Below the pieces are notes generated by a model. The model made no database searches, was not told where the DNA came from, and saw only the letters and a list, made by a program, of their open reading frames with translations. Both the position numbers and the translations under genes were made by a program. From contig CM126203.1 of NCBI GenBank assembly GCA_052327205.1, positions 36,766,001 through 36,830,000 on the forward strand: a stretch of DNA of 64,000 nt, in the 5' to 3' direction. Positions 1 through 14,136 of this stretch are shown piece after piece. Source of the stretch: Somniosus microcephalus. Taxonomy: Eukaryota. How positions within the stretch are numbered: the stretch's first letter is position 1; every line of letters begins with the position of its first letter.

Positions 1-64
1 GACTTGCCATTCAGTTCAGCACTGAAACAAAGCTATTTATGCAGAGTGTCTAAAACATTCCATG

Positions 65-737
65 AGGCTGATTTTTGGCTGTAAACAGGATGAAAATCGG
101 TGATTTACCACTGGATGACCGTCCATTCTGATTTTGAGCATTTAGGCGGCCAGTGCTCCCGCCGGAAGCAGGCTGGGGCCTAATTAAAATATTCAGTTAG
201 GGTTCAACTGACATTGTCAGGACTCCCAACACCATTTTATCTCAGTCAATGCTGCTGCCGCTATTTCCTCAACCCATCAATATATAGGTCGGGAGGTGAC
301 CAGTTACAGCGCTATCTAAAGGGATCCTTAAATACAGTCAGGGAAAGGTACAAGCAGGTCTGGAACTCATTTCTTTCTTCAGTCTCTTGCGAGTTTTGAG
401 CATTAAAGGCTTCCATAAGTTCATCTCCTTGCTGCTGTGTTTACACATAACATTTCCTCACCACTGAAATCTGTTGCTCCATTTAACCCCCGAATCGTTC
501 AGCCCTCTCCTTTAAGGTGCTGCTGCAGGCCCACGATGATTTTCTGCCCCACCGGATTTCCCACCCTCCCAATTGGTGAGCTGCCTATAAAGACACGATT
601 AGCACTACCAGCTCAACAGTTCTAAATGAGGCCCGACCACCAAAATCAATTGGGCCTCCTACCAACATCATCAGACAGGCGGAACCGACTCCCCACCCAC
701 TGCCTGCCTGGTCTGCCGTGCATACCAAAATCAACCC
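65..737. mobile_element. Probable Harbinger-type MITE (degenerate)
   Basis: Imperfect terminal inverted repeats AGGCTGATTTTTGG (65-78) and CCAAAATCAACCC (725-737), resembling the other GGG-initiated TIRs in the window. No clean TSD. Confidence 0.45.
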
Positions 738-1539
738 TCATATTTCTTGAAAAAATTCCCTCAGCTAACCTTTAAAAAATAGCCTAATAGATTTTTCAGA
801 TTGACATTGCAGAGCAGGTGTTGTTTACTTGTATGCAGCACACAGACAGTCAGATGGACATCCTTGCCACAAAACTGTCATGGACCTGAACCTTTAGACT
901 ACCTGGTGCTCCAGCTAGACTATTACAATCAGCAGTGAGCTTCATTATTTTCTGATTGAGCGGCTATGTGAATCGCCTTGGTATAGTAGGGCACTGCTAG
1001 AAAAAAAAATACTAAGCCAAATTAGAAAACACAAATTATTGAGAATTTGTCAATTTTGTGCTTAATTTACAAAAACCTGAATTTTCTTTGTTTGTGAAGG
1101 TTTGTGAATAAGTTGACTGACATGCTACCCTTGTCCATCTCAAGCAGTCAGTTGGCAGTTGTTATGGCAACGGGTAGGCAAGTGGCTGTTGCCATGGCTT
1201 GACTCCCAGCAACAAAGCTTATCGTATCTTTCCAAGTGTTTTCACCTGGTCATTCAGTGCGGCATTCAATCACTTATCCTTAGGTTTTCATAGTACCCAA
1301 ATCTTGGTTCGTGATAGGTGATGCAGCCAATCTTTATGGGAGTAGTGGCAGCAGTTTAGCCTGTTTTCTTTTTTTGCGGGGGGACAGGTGCTTGAGGAGC
1401 TGCATCTGCCCCCTACAGTGATTAAGCTGCCATTTACCCCATTGTTATCAACTGCAAAGCAATGCAACTGAGGGAGGCTCACTCGCTGAAAGAGTTTATG
1501 AGCTAAGAATCTGAGCCTAAAGCCCCATAAAACCCCCAA

Positions 1540-2210
1540 AGAAAGAAAGGCTTCCATTTACATAGTGCCTTTTATGACTTCAGGACATCCTTCAGGGTAA
1601 GCCATTTAGGACTGAGATGAGGAGGAAGTTCTTCACCCAGAGAGCGGTGAACCTGTGGAATTCTCTACCACAGAAGGCAGTTGAGGCCAACTTATTAAAT
1701 ATATTCAAGGAGTTAGATATATTTCTTCAGGCTAAAGGGATCAAGGGATATGGGGAGAAAGCAGGGACAGGGTACTGAATTTTGATGATCAGCCATGATC
1801 TCATTAAATGGCGGAACAGGCTTGAGGGGCCGAATGGCCTACTCCTGCTCCTATCTTCTATGTTTCTATCCCAAAGTGCTTTACGGCCAATGAAGTACTT
1901 TTTGAAGTGTAGTTACTGTTGGAATATAGGAAACACGGCAGTTAATTTGCACACAGCAAGGTCCCACAATGTGATAATGACCAGATAATCTTGTTTTAGT
2001 GATGTTGGTTGAGGGATAAATATTGGCGAGGGCACTAGGGAGAACACCTCTTCAAAATAGTGCCATAGGATCTTTTATATCCACTTGAGAGGGCAGATGG
2101 GTTTGACCTCTCATCCAAAAGACGGCACCTCTGACAGCGCCTGAAGTGAGACTTGAACCCATGAGTTTCTGCCTCAGAGGTGAGAGTGCTACCCACTGAG
2201 CCATGGCTAA
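1540..2210 (-). mobile_element. tRNA-derived Deu-domain SINE (SacSINE1-like), interrupted by a CR1 fragment
   Basis: Same sequence as the intact copy at 26169-26623. The tRNA head lies at about 2140-2210 on the minus strand and the (CTTT)n tail at about 1540. It is split at 1590/1868. Confidence 0.8.
1591..1868 (+). mobile_element. CR1 LINE 3' fragment (family A)
   Basis: Near-identical to 8690-8968 and ends in the TTCTATGTTTCTAT tail. ATCC is duplicated at 1587-1590 and 1868-1871. Confidence 0.9.
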
Positions 2211-2478
2211 GAGTTGAATGTTTCATTTCGGAGTTGGGAGGAGGGGAAGTCAAATCAAAAACTCACCAGCCTTGTGGCACTGCAGGTGCATTGCCTTGTA
2301 GGCAGTCACAGAGCAGCATTGACAGTGATTGTGGAGAGGTTCTCGGTTGAGTGTGGTCCCACTCACCTAAGAAAGCCGAAGGAGGGTGCAGGATCTGTGG
2401 GTGGGGGTGGGGGGAGGAAAATATTGCGGCAAAAATATGTGGGATGAAAATAAAGTTTTTGAAAAGAGATACTGTTCA

Positions 2479-2890
2479 AGTTCCTCAGATGGCTTGGTGG
2501 ATTAATGAGCAGTTTAGTAGGGTACTAAATCTTGCAGATCAGGAAGGACCTAGGTTTAATCCTTATTCTGTGCTGAGTTAACTGATCTGGGCCAAGGCAG
2601 TAGTTGGGAATACTACAATTGGTCTCAGCAGTCCTGGCCTAGGGAGAAGAACAATCAACCATGATTGCTACTTCTGTTTACCATCCACTCAAAAGTGCAC
2701 TGTGTGGGCATGGAGATGAGGACAGGATTCGGCCCAGTCACGAGGCTCCCTCCTCCATCATTGAGTTCCTGGTTGATATTGTCCATGCTCATTCGTGTTG
2801 AACGGCCACTTTGCTGAGATATTGGATGACTGCTACCGCCCATGCAATTTTAATACAGCATGAGTCAGCGCCTCCAGGAGAAAAGGGGAC
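2479..2890 (+). mobile_element. Old tRNA-like SINE (second family)
   Basis: Colinear similarity to 55390-55583 plus 56513-56690. Has an A-box-like TGGCTTGGTGG and a B-box-like GGTTTAATCC. Confidence 0.55.
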
Positions 2891-3576
2891 AAAGATTTTT
2901 TTTTAAATAGTGTTCTGTAGCCATCTATTCGAGAATGTACAAGAGCATCCTGGATAACTTACCTCCCTCTACTTGACAGAACAGTAAAGGTCATGAACTT
3001 GCCACAAAGGGAATTCTATCCAAAGTGAGTTGGAGCTTGCTTGGAGAGTAAAAAGAAACACTGATCCAGAGGAAAGAGAGTTTATGCCAATCTGAGTTTA
3101 ATATTCAATAGCTGAAAAGAAACATATCTATAAAAGCACAATAGGTAGAACTTCTACCCTGAGGGCAGTTCTTTGTTGCTGGAGGTCTCCTGTGTAACAC
3201 ATTGCCCATTGTAGATTATATTCCTTCTATAATACTCTATTCAATCCACAAGCGCTGGAAATGTATATTAATGTATCAAGATTTCACCCTGAATTTTGAA
3301 TGTTACCACATTCTGAAATTGTTAAATATTTATTCTAAAGATGTGTAAATGATCTCATGATTATAACATTCATACAGCCTCCCCTCATTCTAAAGTTTTT
3401 ATTTCCTCAGGGTCGAGACTTTATATCGCGGAATGCACTGTATGTAATATTCGTACATAAAAGACCAGGAATCACTTCATGTTACTGTTATTTGTTACTA
3501 AGCATAAAAATAGACTGTAAAGTCAGTATTTATACACTGCATCAGATGGCTACCATTTAATTTCTACTCAACCAAT

Positions 3577-4651
3577 GGGCTGAATTTTAATGGGGAAGCG
3601 GGGTAGGGGGTGGGCTCCGAGATGGCTGGGAAACCATGGAAAACAGGTCTCCCTGCAGCCCCTGCTGAATTTAATGGCAGGGCCTGATTTGAATGGGAAG
3701 CCTCTGTTTCCCACCCGCAGCCAGCCAGATTGAGAGGCTAGCTGGCTCCAGGCGGGTAGGCCTACAGCACTAGGCCGCAGAGAGGAGGGATCACATGGGG
3801 GACGGCTGGAGGAGCAAGGGGGTGGTCCAAAAGATCGCAGGCCAGCCGGAGGAGTGGGAGGTGGGGAGGGCCGCAGTCCAGACCATCGCGGGCTGGCCGG
3901 AGGAGCAGGCGGGGGAGTATGAAAAGATCACGATCGCGGGCCGGGACCTGCACGGGGTGGAGGGGGGGGGGGGGGTCAGTTGGGGTGGGACCACAACATC
4001 GCTGGCCAGCTGGAGGAGTAGGGGGTGGGGTAGTTCAGTCCATCGCCGGCCGGCCGGCAGTACAGGAAGGAGGGGTCTAGACCATCCCAATCGCAGGCCG
4101 ACTAGGACCAGCACAGGGTGGGTTAGTCGGGTGAGGATTGGGGGACAGGAGCAGCACACGGGGGAACCATAGGAACAGTGGTAAGCCTGGTGGGGGTGGG
4201 GGCAGTGGTGATCCGAGGCCTGAGGGGGATCAAAGGCCTTGCAGGGGTGGGCGGGGGGGGGGACAGAAGTTCTGGGGTAGATCAGAGGCCTCGTGGTGGA
4301 GTCTCCAATGACGGGGTGTGGGTTAGGCAGGGATACTGGATTCAGGAGGTAAGTGTAAAGGCACTTACCTCCTGGATGCAGTAGTCCTCACCTTGCTGTA
4401 GCTGGCGGTTTTGACGAGGCCTGCAAAACCCAACCAACTGCAGTTAAACACAAAATGGAGGTTAAAGAAGAGGCTTCTAGCCTCATTATAATATTTAAAG
4501 AGACGGCCCACCTCCTGGTAGTGGAATGGCTCCCTGCCCCGCTTCCGTTAAAATCGCAAGTGAAGGGGTTGGAGGCGGGTTCAGGTCAGGATTCACATTT
4601 TTAACACTTTAACGCTCCCAACCCACTTTTTTTTTAGGTTAAAATGTCCCC
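3577..4651. mobile_element. Harbinger-type MITE with G-rich interior
   Basis: TIRs GGGCTGAATTTTAA and TTAAAATGTCCCC, followed by TAA. The interior shares blocks such as CAGCCAGCCAGATTGA with 54875-55378. Confidence 0.6.
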
Positions 4652-5799
4652 TAATCAGTCAGCTGCAGCTAGAGTTGGGTTGTAAGAACACCAGGCAAGT
4701 TAAGGGATGAGAAAAGGCCATTCAGCATGTTGAAGCTCACCCCTCCAGTACATTAATCTTTCCATCATGGCAGCTAATTGCATTTTGAATAATCTCAACA
4801 TCTTTACCTCAAATTACATTGTTTGATGTATTATTCCTAATGTTTCTCACACCTGGAGTAAAAAAAAGTGTTCCTAATATTTGTTCTAAATTTACTTTTC
4901 ACTCATTTCTGTTGCCGGTCCTACTTGGTGCTCTTTGAAGTAATCTGTTAACACCTTCAAGATTTCCTACAGAGATTGATTACAAACAAGCCTACAGTTT
5001 AATTCTGAATGACAGTGTCTATGCAAACTAATAAATATATGCAGAGCTGCATAATTAAATCGCATTTATCAAAAAAGCTATTCTGCAACAAATTCAAAAA
5101 CGTTTTAAAAGCCATTTATTGTCCCTGTACTTGATGCAGAAACTGGAAATCAATTTTATCTCAGCCTGAATAAAGTTCCATATATAGAATAAATAAGCAA
5201 CCAGAAAACCAGGCCATGAACAACAGGGGTGGAAAAGACAAGTATAAAAACAAATTGTTTAATTAGTAGCCAACCGGTGGCAAATCATCAAAAGAATAGC
5301 TGCTTCCAGTTTGACAGGAAGCTCCTTGAATCTTTAATGGATGAGGAATATTTGTTTCCATCTACTGCGTACCCCACGAATGGACATGTACCAACTGTAG
5401 AAATTCAGCTGAGAGCAGTGCCTCACAAACTATATAGTTTCACAAAAATACACATTCAAAATGTTGAAATCAGAAACCAGGGTTTTACGTCCTATGAGTT
5501 AATCATGCTAAGCCTCCGTGGATAATTAATTTCTCTTCCAGAAATCTCCAAGAAGGAACAGACAGCTTGGCATATATTTTAAATGCTTAGAGTTTAAAAG
5601 CAATTCTCACTTCAGATGCTCTTGATTTACATCCCCAGAACCACCTATAAGCAACCAGACCAATAGTTTGCTTGTTTTATGTGGAAGAGCTGGCAGCCAA
5701 AGATGAGATTTAAGCTGTTTCTGTATTGATCTTCGGTTGCTGTTCCGAAGTCTTCGGGAGCCAGTGGTCAGATGAATGTAAAACTGCTGGGGAGTTGAA

Positions 5800-8700
5800 A
5801 CCAATACAAACTGGACGGTTTGCAACTGGGCGAGACTGGAACCAATGTCCTAGGGGGAGTGTTTGCTAGTGCTGTTGGGGAGGGCTTAAACTAAAATGGC
5901 AGGGGGTTGGGAACCTGTGCAGGGAGACAGATAAAGGGAAGCAAGGATAGAAACAAAAGACAGGAAGGAGAAAAGCAAAAGTGGAAGACAGAGAAATCAA
6001 GGGTGTAAATCAAACAGGGCCACAGTACATAATAATTCTAAAAGGACTGAGAGTGTTAAAAAATCAAGCCTGAAGGCTTTGTGTCTTAATGCGAGGAGAA
6101 TTCGTAATAAGGTGGATGAATTAGCTGCGCAAATAGATGTAAACGGATATGATATAATTGGGATTATGGAGACATGGCTCCAGGGTGAACAAGACTGGGA
6201 ATTCAACATCCAGGGGTATTCAATATTCAGGAAGGGCAGGAAAAAAGGAAAATGAGGTGGGGTAGCATTGCTGGTTAAAGAGGAGATTAACACAATAGTA
6301 AGGAAGGATATTAACTCTGATGCTGTGGAATCTGTATGGGCAGAGCTGAGAAATACCAAGGGGCAGAAAACGTTAGTGGGAATTGTATACAGACTCCCAA
6401 ACAGTAATGCTGAGGTTGGAGATGGCATTAAACAGGAAATTAGAGATGCGTGCAATAAGGGCACAGCAATTGTCATGGGTGACTTTAATCTACATATAGA
6501 TTGGGCTAACCAAATTGGTAACAATACTGTGGAGGAGGAATTCCTAGAGTGTATACGGGATGGTTTCCTGGACCAATATGTCGAGGAACCAACTAGAGAT
6601 CAGTTCATCTTAGACTGGGTATTATGTAATGAGAAAGGATTAATTAGCAATCTTGTTGTGCGAGGCCCCTTGGGGAGGAGCGATCATAATATGATAGAAT
6701 TCTTCATTAAAATGGAGAGTGAAGTAGTTGACTCAGAGACTAGGGTCCTGAATTTAAATAAAGGAAACTACGATGGTATGAGGCGTGAGTTGGCTAGGAT
6801 GGTTTGGGGAACATTATTTAAAGGGTTGATGGTGGATAGGCAATGGCAAACATTTAAAGATCGAATGGATGAACTACAGAATGTGTTCATCCCTGTTTGA
6901 CACAAAAATAAAACAAAAAAGATGAATCAACCATGGCTAACAAGGGAAATTAGGGATAGCATAAGATCCAAGGAGAGGACATATAAATTGGCCAGAAAAA
7001 GCAGCAAACCTGAGGATTGGGAGCAGTTTAGGAATCAGCAAAGGAGAACAAAGGGATTAATTATAAGGGGGGAAATAGATTATGAGAGTAAGCTTGCAAG
7101 GAACATAAAAACTGATTGTAAAAGCTTCTATAGATATGTGAAGAGAAAAAGATTGGTGAAGTCAAGCATAGGCCCCTTGCAGTCAGAATCAGGGGAATTT
7201 ATAATGGGGAACAAAGAAATGGCAGGCCAATTAAATACATACTTTGGTTCTGTTTTCACAAAGGAGGACACAATTAACCTCCCAGAGATGTCGGGAAAAA
7301 TAGGGTCTAATGAGGGAGGAATTGAAAGAAATCAGTATTTGTAGAGAAATAGTGTTATTGAAATTGATGGGGTTGAAGGCCAATAAATTCCCAGGCCCTG
7401 ATAATCTACATCCTAGGGTATTTAAGGAAGTGGCCCTAGAAATAATAGATGCAATGCTGGTCATCTTCCAAAATTCTATAGACTCTGGAACAGTTCCCAT
7501 GGATTGGAGGATAGCTAATGTAACCCCACTATTTAAAAAAGGTGCTAGAAAGAAAACAGGGAATTATACACCAGTAAGTCTGACATCGATAGTGGGGAAA
7601 ATGCTGGAGTCCATTATAAAAGATGTAACAGCAGAGCACTTGGAAAACAGTGACAGGATCAGACAAAGTCAACATGGATTTACAAAAGGTAAATCATGCT
7701 TGACTAATCTACTGGAATTTTTTGAGGATGTAACTGGTAGAATAGATAAGGGAGAACCAGTGGAAGTGGTGTATTTGGACTTTCAGAAGGCTTTTGATAA
7801 GGTCCTGCATAAGAGATTAGCATGCAAAGTTAAAGCACATGGGATTGGGGGTAAGGTACTGTCTTGGATAGAGAACTGGTTGGCAGAAAGGAAGCAAAGA
7901 GTTGGAATAAACGGGTCTTTTTCTGAGTGGCAGGCAGTGACTAGTGGGGTACCGCAGGGATCAGTGCTAGAACCCCAGCTATTCACAATATATATTAATG
8001 ATCTAGACGAGGGAACTAAATGTAATATCTCCAAGTTTGCAGTTGAAACATAGCTGGGTGGGCGTGTGTGCTGTGAGGAGGATGCAGAGAAACTCCAGTA
8101 TGATTTGGACAGGTTGGGTGATTGGGCAGATACATGGCAAATGCAGTATAATGTGGATAAATGCGAGGTTATCCACTTTGGTGGCAAAAACAGGAAGACA
8201 GATTATTATCTGAAAGCCAATAGATTGGGAAAAGGGGAAGTGCAACGAGACCTGTGTGTCCTTGTGCACCAGTCGCTGAAGGTAAGCATGCAGGTGCAGC
8301 AGGCGGTTAAGAAGGCAAATGGTGTGTTGGCGTTCATAGCGAGAGGATTCGAGTACAGGAGCAAGGATGTCTTGCTGCAGTTGTACAGGGCCTTGGTGAG
8401 ACCACACCTTGAGTATTGTGTGCAGTTTTGGTCACCTTATCTGAGGAAGGATGTTCTTGCCATGGAGAGAGGGCAGCGAAGATTCACCAGACTGATACCT
8501 AGGATTGCAGGAATGACGTATGAGGAGAGATTGGGTCTATTAGGCTTATATTCGCTAGAGTTTAGAAGAATGAGAGGGGATCTCACTGAAACTTATAAAA
8601 TTCTAACAGGACTAGACAGACTAGATGCAGGAAGGATGTTCCCGATGGCGGGGGAGTCCAGAACCAGGGGTCACAGTCTAAGGATAAGGGGTAAGCCATT

Positions 8701-8968
8701 TAGGACTAAGATGAGGAGAAATTTCTTCACCCAGAGAGTGGTGAACCTATGGAATTCTCTACCACACAAGGCAGTTGAGGCCAATTAATTAAATATATTC
8801 AAGAAGGAGTTATATATGTTTTTTAAGGCTAAAGGGATCAAGGGATATAGGGAGAAAGCAGGGACAGGGTACTGAATTTGGATGATCAGCCATGATCTCA
8901 TTAAATGGCGGAACAGGCTCGAGGGGCCGAATGGCCTACTCCTGCTCCTATCTTCTATGTTTCTATGT
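5800..8968 (+). mobile_element. CR1 LINE (family A), 5'-truncated within ORF1; complete but disrupted ORF2 (APE endonuclease + RT)
   Basis: ORF1 esterase C-terminus DGLQL..GTNVLGGVFASAVGEGLN* ends at about 5894. APE motifs LNARRI, ETWL, GDFN and SDH. RT motifs YLDFQKAFD and GVPQGSVL; the catalytic motif has decayed to FAVET*. Stops near 6253, 6898 and 8051, frameshift near 7310. (TTCTATGT)n tail. Confidence 0.95.
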
Positions 8969-11519
8969 TGTTAGACCAACTTCGAGAATTACCCATTTGT
9001 TTAGTACCTGCCACCAATCAGACTGGCCAATAAAAAGAGCAATGTGATTTTATTCAGTTTCAGGATGACCACTGCTGACATCACGATATTCTCACCTACA
9101 CACCTATCTTATGATGCAGTTAAACAATAAAACTACATTTAAAAAAACTTATTAGCAGCATCTTGCACCCATTCCTATACTGATCACAAGTCAATCAAAA
9201 TGGCTGCAGAGAAAAACCTTGGACAGCTTGCATGACATAACCTCACTGGTTGGCATGTACAGTGGCCAATTTGTCACAACCACTCTACGCATGCATGACC
9301 CTTGCAGCACACTTTGCTGCTAGATCTGAGGGAGATCTTTGGCGCAATTTGCAAAGTAAATTCAAGCCCTTTAAATATGTACAGCTCAGCACAGGTGGAT
9401 TGGAGGTTATATTTCCCAAACTGCTTATTGTACTGTTGGGATGCATAAGTCTGTCCCATGATATAGTCAATTATTCCATCTTCGGAGCAGTCATGGGTTG
9501 GTATGGTAAAGCTTCACTGGGCTTGCCTTCCCCCTCAAACCTTGAGCTCATTCACTGCTGCAACATTCCAAATACATTGCAGCCTCATCCATCCTGTATG
9601 GTTAATGATGCAAGTCTGGCTGGATTTTCTTTGGTACTTCCATATTCCATCAGTTCTTTCCCTCAACTCTGATTATTCCTCCCACAGTGGAAGGTGAGGA
9701 CTTCCTGAGCTGGCACAGTTAGAGTTTAATGTGGTTTTAACAGATTTAAAATGAAGATGCTCAGGTCTTATAGTCACTTCCAACAATAATATCACCTTAA
9801 TGCTGACAATGTAATTGCCACATGACTTTTAAAGTAATCTCAAACCATGGCACAGGTGCCTAGCCTTTGGCAGCACTGTTGAAGCTCTTTACTAGCAACT
9901 TCTCTGACAGAGTAGCTGGGCTCGATTTTAATAGCCCTGAGGAGGTGGTTTTGGAGGCAAGTCTGTTGGGAAAAATCGGGAAAACTGGCTTCAGACACCC
10001 AGCCCGCCTCCATCCCGCCCCCACTCGATTTTCCTGAGTGTTTATTTAGCCGCTCCCAAACTGACCAGTCTCCAACCAGTGGGACAGGTAGTTAAGGCCG
10101 TTAACAGCCTGTTAACTGCCTTGCTAATCCTATTTTCAGTGTGGTTTCCCATTTTCCTGCTACTGGCTCCTGTTTCCCATCTTGTCAGAAACAGGCCAGG
10201 TTCAAGGAGACGAGTTGCTGGAGGACATGATTTGTATGCATTGGTGGAGTGCTTTAAAAGCATCCCTGAAACATGGCTGACATTCAAATGCAACAACTTT
10301 GCTGTTGTAGGTATGGGATAACATTTTGCACATCTACTGACCTTCTGACTGTTCAAGCTGACACCCATCTGCAGTGTGTCATGAATTGAATTATTTCAGG
10401 CCACTTCGACTGTGCGCTTGCAAGATTGTTACCTCAAATGAAATCTATAGCAAGGGAATGGGAAACATTTATGCCGTTTCATCCTTGTCCTCATAATTGG
10501 GGGAGTAGCAGCTGCGTGGCTCACCACATATCTTCCTGGGAAGAGGAGGAGGATGAGGGGAGCCTTGCATGCCCTGTTGTGACCAATGCAGCATCCCTCC
10601 TGTTCACTGCTGCCCGTCAACCAGGGTATGCACACTGCCATGCCACACTACCATAAGCTTACTCTTCGACCATAGGTGGCCACCATATGGCTCTGTAATT
10701 GCAGGCGACATTTGTCCAACGTCATACTTCATCTCTGCTATACCCTCTTATTTCCTATCACTTTTACCATCGGCATTACAAATGTAAGTCACCCTGAGCC
10801 CTCCATGCGCTTTTGCCATTTCCCAGAACACATAGGCCACACAATGAACTGTTTGCCATAATTTCTCTTTAACACATGACAAAATATACCAACAGCAGTC
10901 AGAAAAAAAGAAACATCACCCAAGTGAGTGCCCTTGTAAGGATAGGTGCTTACTTTTTCTCTTACGCGTGTTTCTACGTGGTGTTTCCCCTGTGGCTTCA
11001 GCAGATGTAGAGGCACCTTGCTGACTAGGATGCTGCTCCTGCTTAGACGCCTTTGGCGGGCATCCTCTGGGTTTGGGGGCCTGGGCGGGCTCGTCAACAG
11101 TTTGCTCTTCCTGCAGCTGTGTAGGGGCTGAAAAATCCATTTCAGTTGTCTCTGCAAAGTGGGTCTCTGACCGAGGGCTCCATAGTGGCATGGTCATACG
11201 AGCACTTTGAGAGGAGCCCACAATTCCTTCTGTCCTGCCAACAAAATCCCTCTCATGGGTCAGCAGTGCTCCAGAACTAGCCGCGCCGCTAGCCAAGCTG
11301 TTCCAGTACAGCTACAACACTGGCATCTATCCGTCTATGTGGCAAACTGTCCAAGTGTGTCCTGTCCACAAAAAGCAGGACAAATCCAATCTGGCCAATT
11401 ACCGCCACATCAGTCTACTCTCAATCATCAGCAAAGTGATGGAAGGTGTCATCGACAGTGCTATCAAGCGGCACTTACTCACCAATAACCTGCTCACTGA
11501 TGCCCAGTTTGGGTTCCGC

Positions 11520-12998
11520 TGTAAGTGCAGAGTTCTCAAAATTCCCGCACTTCCCGTAATTATGGATCAAGGGACCCTGTTCGGACAAGTTATTAAAAAC
11601 AGGGTACCCAAAAATGGCTTCTGCAGCCTCGTGACCAAACCGACAGGATTTTTAAAGCAAGGTTCTGCAGACAAGCAGGCCCGGAGATGAAACTTAAAAT
11701 GTAGGAATCTGTGAAATGGGACTCTCTGGAGCCAGCCAGACAAAGTAAACACAGAATACGCATTCATTCAACTTGAAACGAATCAAGCTAGTGTGGGCCT
11801 AGAATCGAGGCCATTAGGTTTCTGCATATTTAATTGGTAACAGCTCACAGTAGCCATCAAGTCAGGATGGGGACAATTAAGTCTTATCCATGACAAACAA
11901 ACAGGACATCAGGGCCATTAGACCTGGAGACAACCACTCCAAAAGTCGTTAAAGTAAGTGGTTGGAATCATTTAAACAAGCCCGCCAAAAGTAAGACAAT
12001 GGACTGACCTGATTTGGCGCGCAGATAAGGAGTTGAAGAATGGGTATAATTGTAGGCCCATCAGTCGTAATCATGGCTCGGTGTGCGCTTTGCTTAGCTC
12101 CCTGAACTCTTGCTGGAGGCCTCGGCCTGCTGCCACTCATACTCGCACCCTGGCCTCGTGGTGGGCTCTCTTCTCGCTCCCCGTGCCGCTCAACAACCAA
12201 GGACGCCCATTACACCAGGGCCAAATGCGGGAGGAGAACGAGACTCGAGTTAAAAACCACACAGGACACACAGGCCACAAAGGGGCAGACGAGACAAGAT
12301 GAGACGAAGAAGAAGGTAAACCGATAAAAGCAGAGAAGGGCAGTGAAAGACGCATTGGGAAAGTCCAAATGCCTAGTTATAAGCTGGCGCTTGGTGAATA
12401 AGTTGGAGTTGCATGCATCGACTCCGATCGTAACATTACCACCGACGACCGCCCGAGGGAGAAGAAGAAGAAAACCCATCGCGATGAGACGACGACGGTA
12501 GCTGAGGAAAAGGGAGGGTGCTTTGCATCAACAACTTCAGCACCGCGCCCTGAGACCATGTGGCGACGGGGTACCCCAAAGGACAGCAGGAGTGGACCTC
12601 AAAACTCAACCATTTAAACAACAGGTTTTGGATCGGTGAGCATGAATTCCTGGCCCCTCATAGCTTAATCTAGTTAGGTATAGGGGGTGGGATAAGGATA
12701 AGGGGATTGTTTAATGTAGTTGTTTTCCCTCGATGTGCCATGTGTTCTGCATTCCCATAGAAGGGTAATTGTTTTATGCCTGTAATTTTCATACCAGTAA
12801 TTCTCATAAGATTGTTCTATTCTGCTTTTTTAAAAATGTTGGTTTTCTTGCACCAAACCACTTGTCTACTCGATTTTCTGTATTGCCGCCTGTACCTAAG
12901 CCCGGTGTCCAGAACCCAGGGGTGTGGGAGCGATTTGAACCACTCAAAGGGGACAGCCAGAGGTGAAGCTGGCTGGGCACGACACACCACCCCCTACA
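11520..12998 (+). mobile_element. Long solo LTR (1479 bp)
   Basis: Ends TGTAAG...CCCCCTACA with a perfect 4-bp TSD CCGC (11516-11519 and 12999-13002). The host LINE sequence rejoins across it. Confidence 0.85.
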
Positions 12999-13304
12999 CC
13001 GCCAAGACCACGCAGCTGCTGACCTCATTACAGCCTTGGTCTAAACATGGACAAAGGAGCTGAATTCCAGAGGTGAGGTGAGAGTGTCTGCCCTTGACAT
13101 CAAGGCAGCATTTGACCGAGTGTGGCATGAAGGAGCCCTATTAAAATGAAGGGGGGAAATCTGTCCACTGGCTGGAATCATACCTAACACAAAAGGAATT
13201 TGGTTGTGGTGATTGAAGGTCACAGCCCCAGAACATCACTGCAGGAGTTCCTCAGGGCAGTGACCTAGGCCCAACCATCTTCAGCTGCTTCATCAATGAC
13301 CTTC

Positions 13305-13523
13305 TGTGATAAATCCATGTAGTGAGACAAGGACTCGAAGAGGCAATATCGTAGAATTAGCACGAGTACTTTATTAACAAACAGAGTAACAAACATCATG
13401 CCTGCATCTTGGCATTTCACCTTTGCTTAACTTGACAGGAAGCAAAGCTCTGACCTTAGCAGCAGCATTGGCTACAGCACCACCTGGTGGATAACCTTAA
13501 TCATAACATCCCAGATTACTATA
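13305..13523 (-). mobile_element. Short solo LTR (~219 bp)
   Basis: Starts TGT and interrupts the LINE at GACCTTC|CCTCC with an imperfect CTTC duplication. AATAAA on the minus strand at about 13371-13376. Confidence 0.6.
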
Positions 13524-14136
13524 CTTTCCCTCCAACATAAGGTCAGAAGTGGGGATGTTTGCTGATGACTGCACAGTGTTCAGTGCCATTCACAACTCCT
13601 CAGATAATGAAGCAGTCCATGCCCGCATGCAACAAGACCTAGACGATGTTCAGGCTTGGGCTGATAAGTGGCAGGTAACATTCGTGCCACCGAAGTGCCA
13701 GGCAATGACTATCTCCAACAAGTGAGAGTCTAAACACCACCCCTTGACATTCAATGGCATTACCATCACCGAATCCCCACTATCAACATCCTGGGAGTCA
13801 CCATTGACCTAACTTAACTGGACCAGCCACATAAATACTGTGGCAACAAGAGCAGGTCAGAGGCTAGATATTCTGCGGCGAGTGTCATAGAATCATAGAA
13901 AGTTACAGCACGGAAGGAGGCCATTTTGGCCCATTGTGTGTGTGCCGGACAACAAAGAGCTATCCAGCCTAATCCCACTTCCCAGTACTTGGTCCATAGC
14001 ACTGCAGGTTACAGCATCCCAAGTGCACATCCAAGTACTTTTTAAATGTGGTGTGGAGATGCCGGAGTTGGACTGGGGTGGACAAATGTAAGAAGTCACA
14101 CGACACCAGGTTATAGTCCAACAGCTTTATTTGAAA

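Noticed and set aside
5229-5525. Possible host exon (98-aa ORF on plus; acceptor-like TTTCTACAG on minus near 5395)
   Set aside because: All three minus frames hit stops, and I recognise no homology.
9250-9672. 140-aa ORF or possible exon
   Set aside because: No recognisable motifs in any frame. It could be very old TE debris; this needs tBLASTx.
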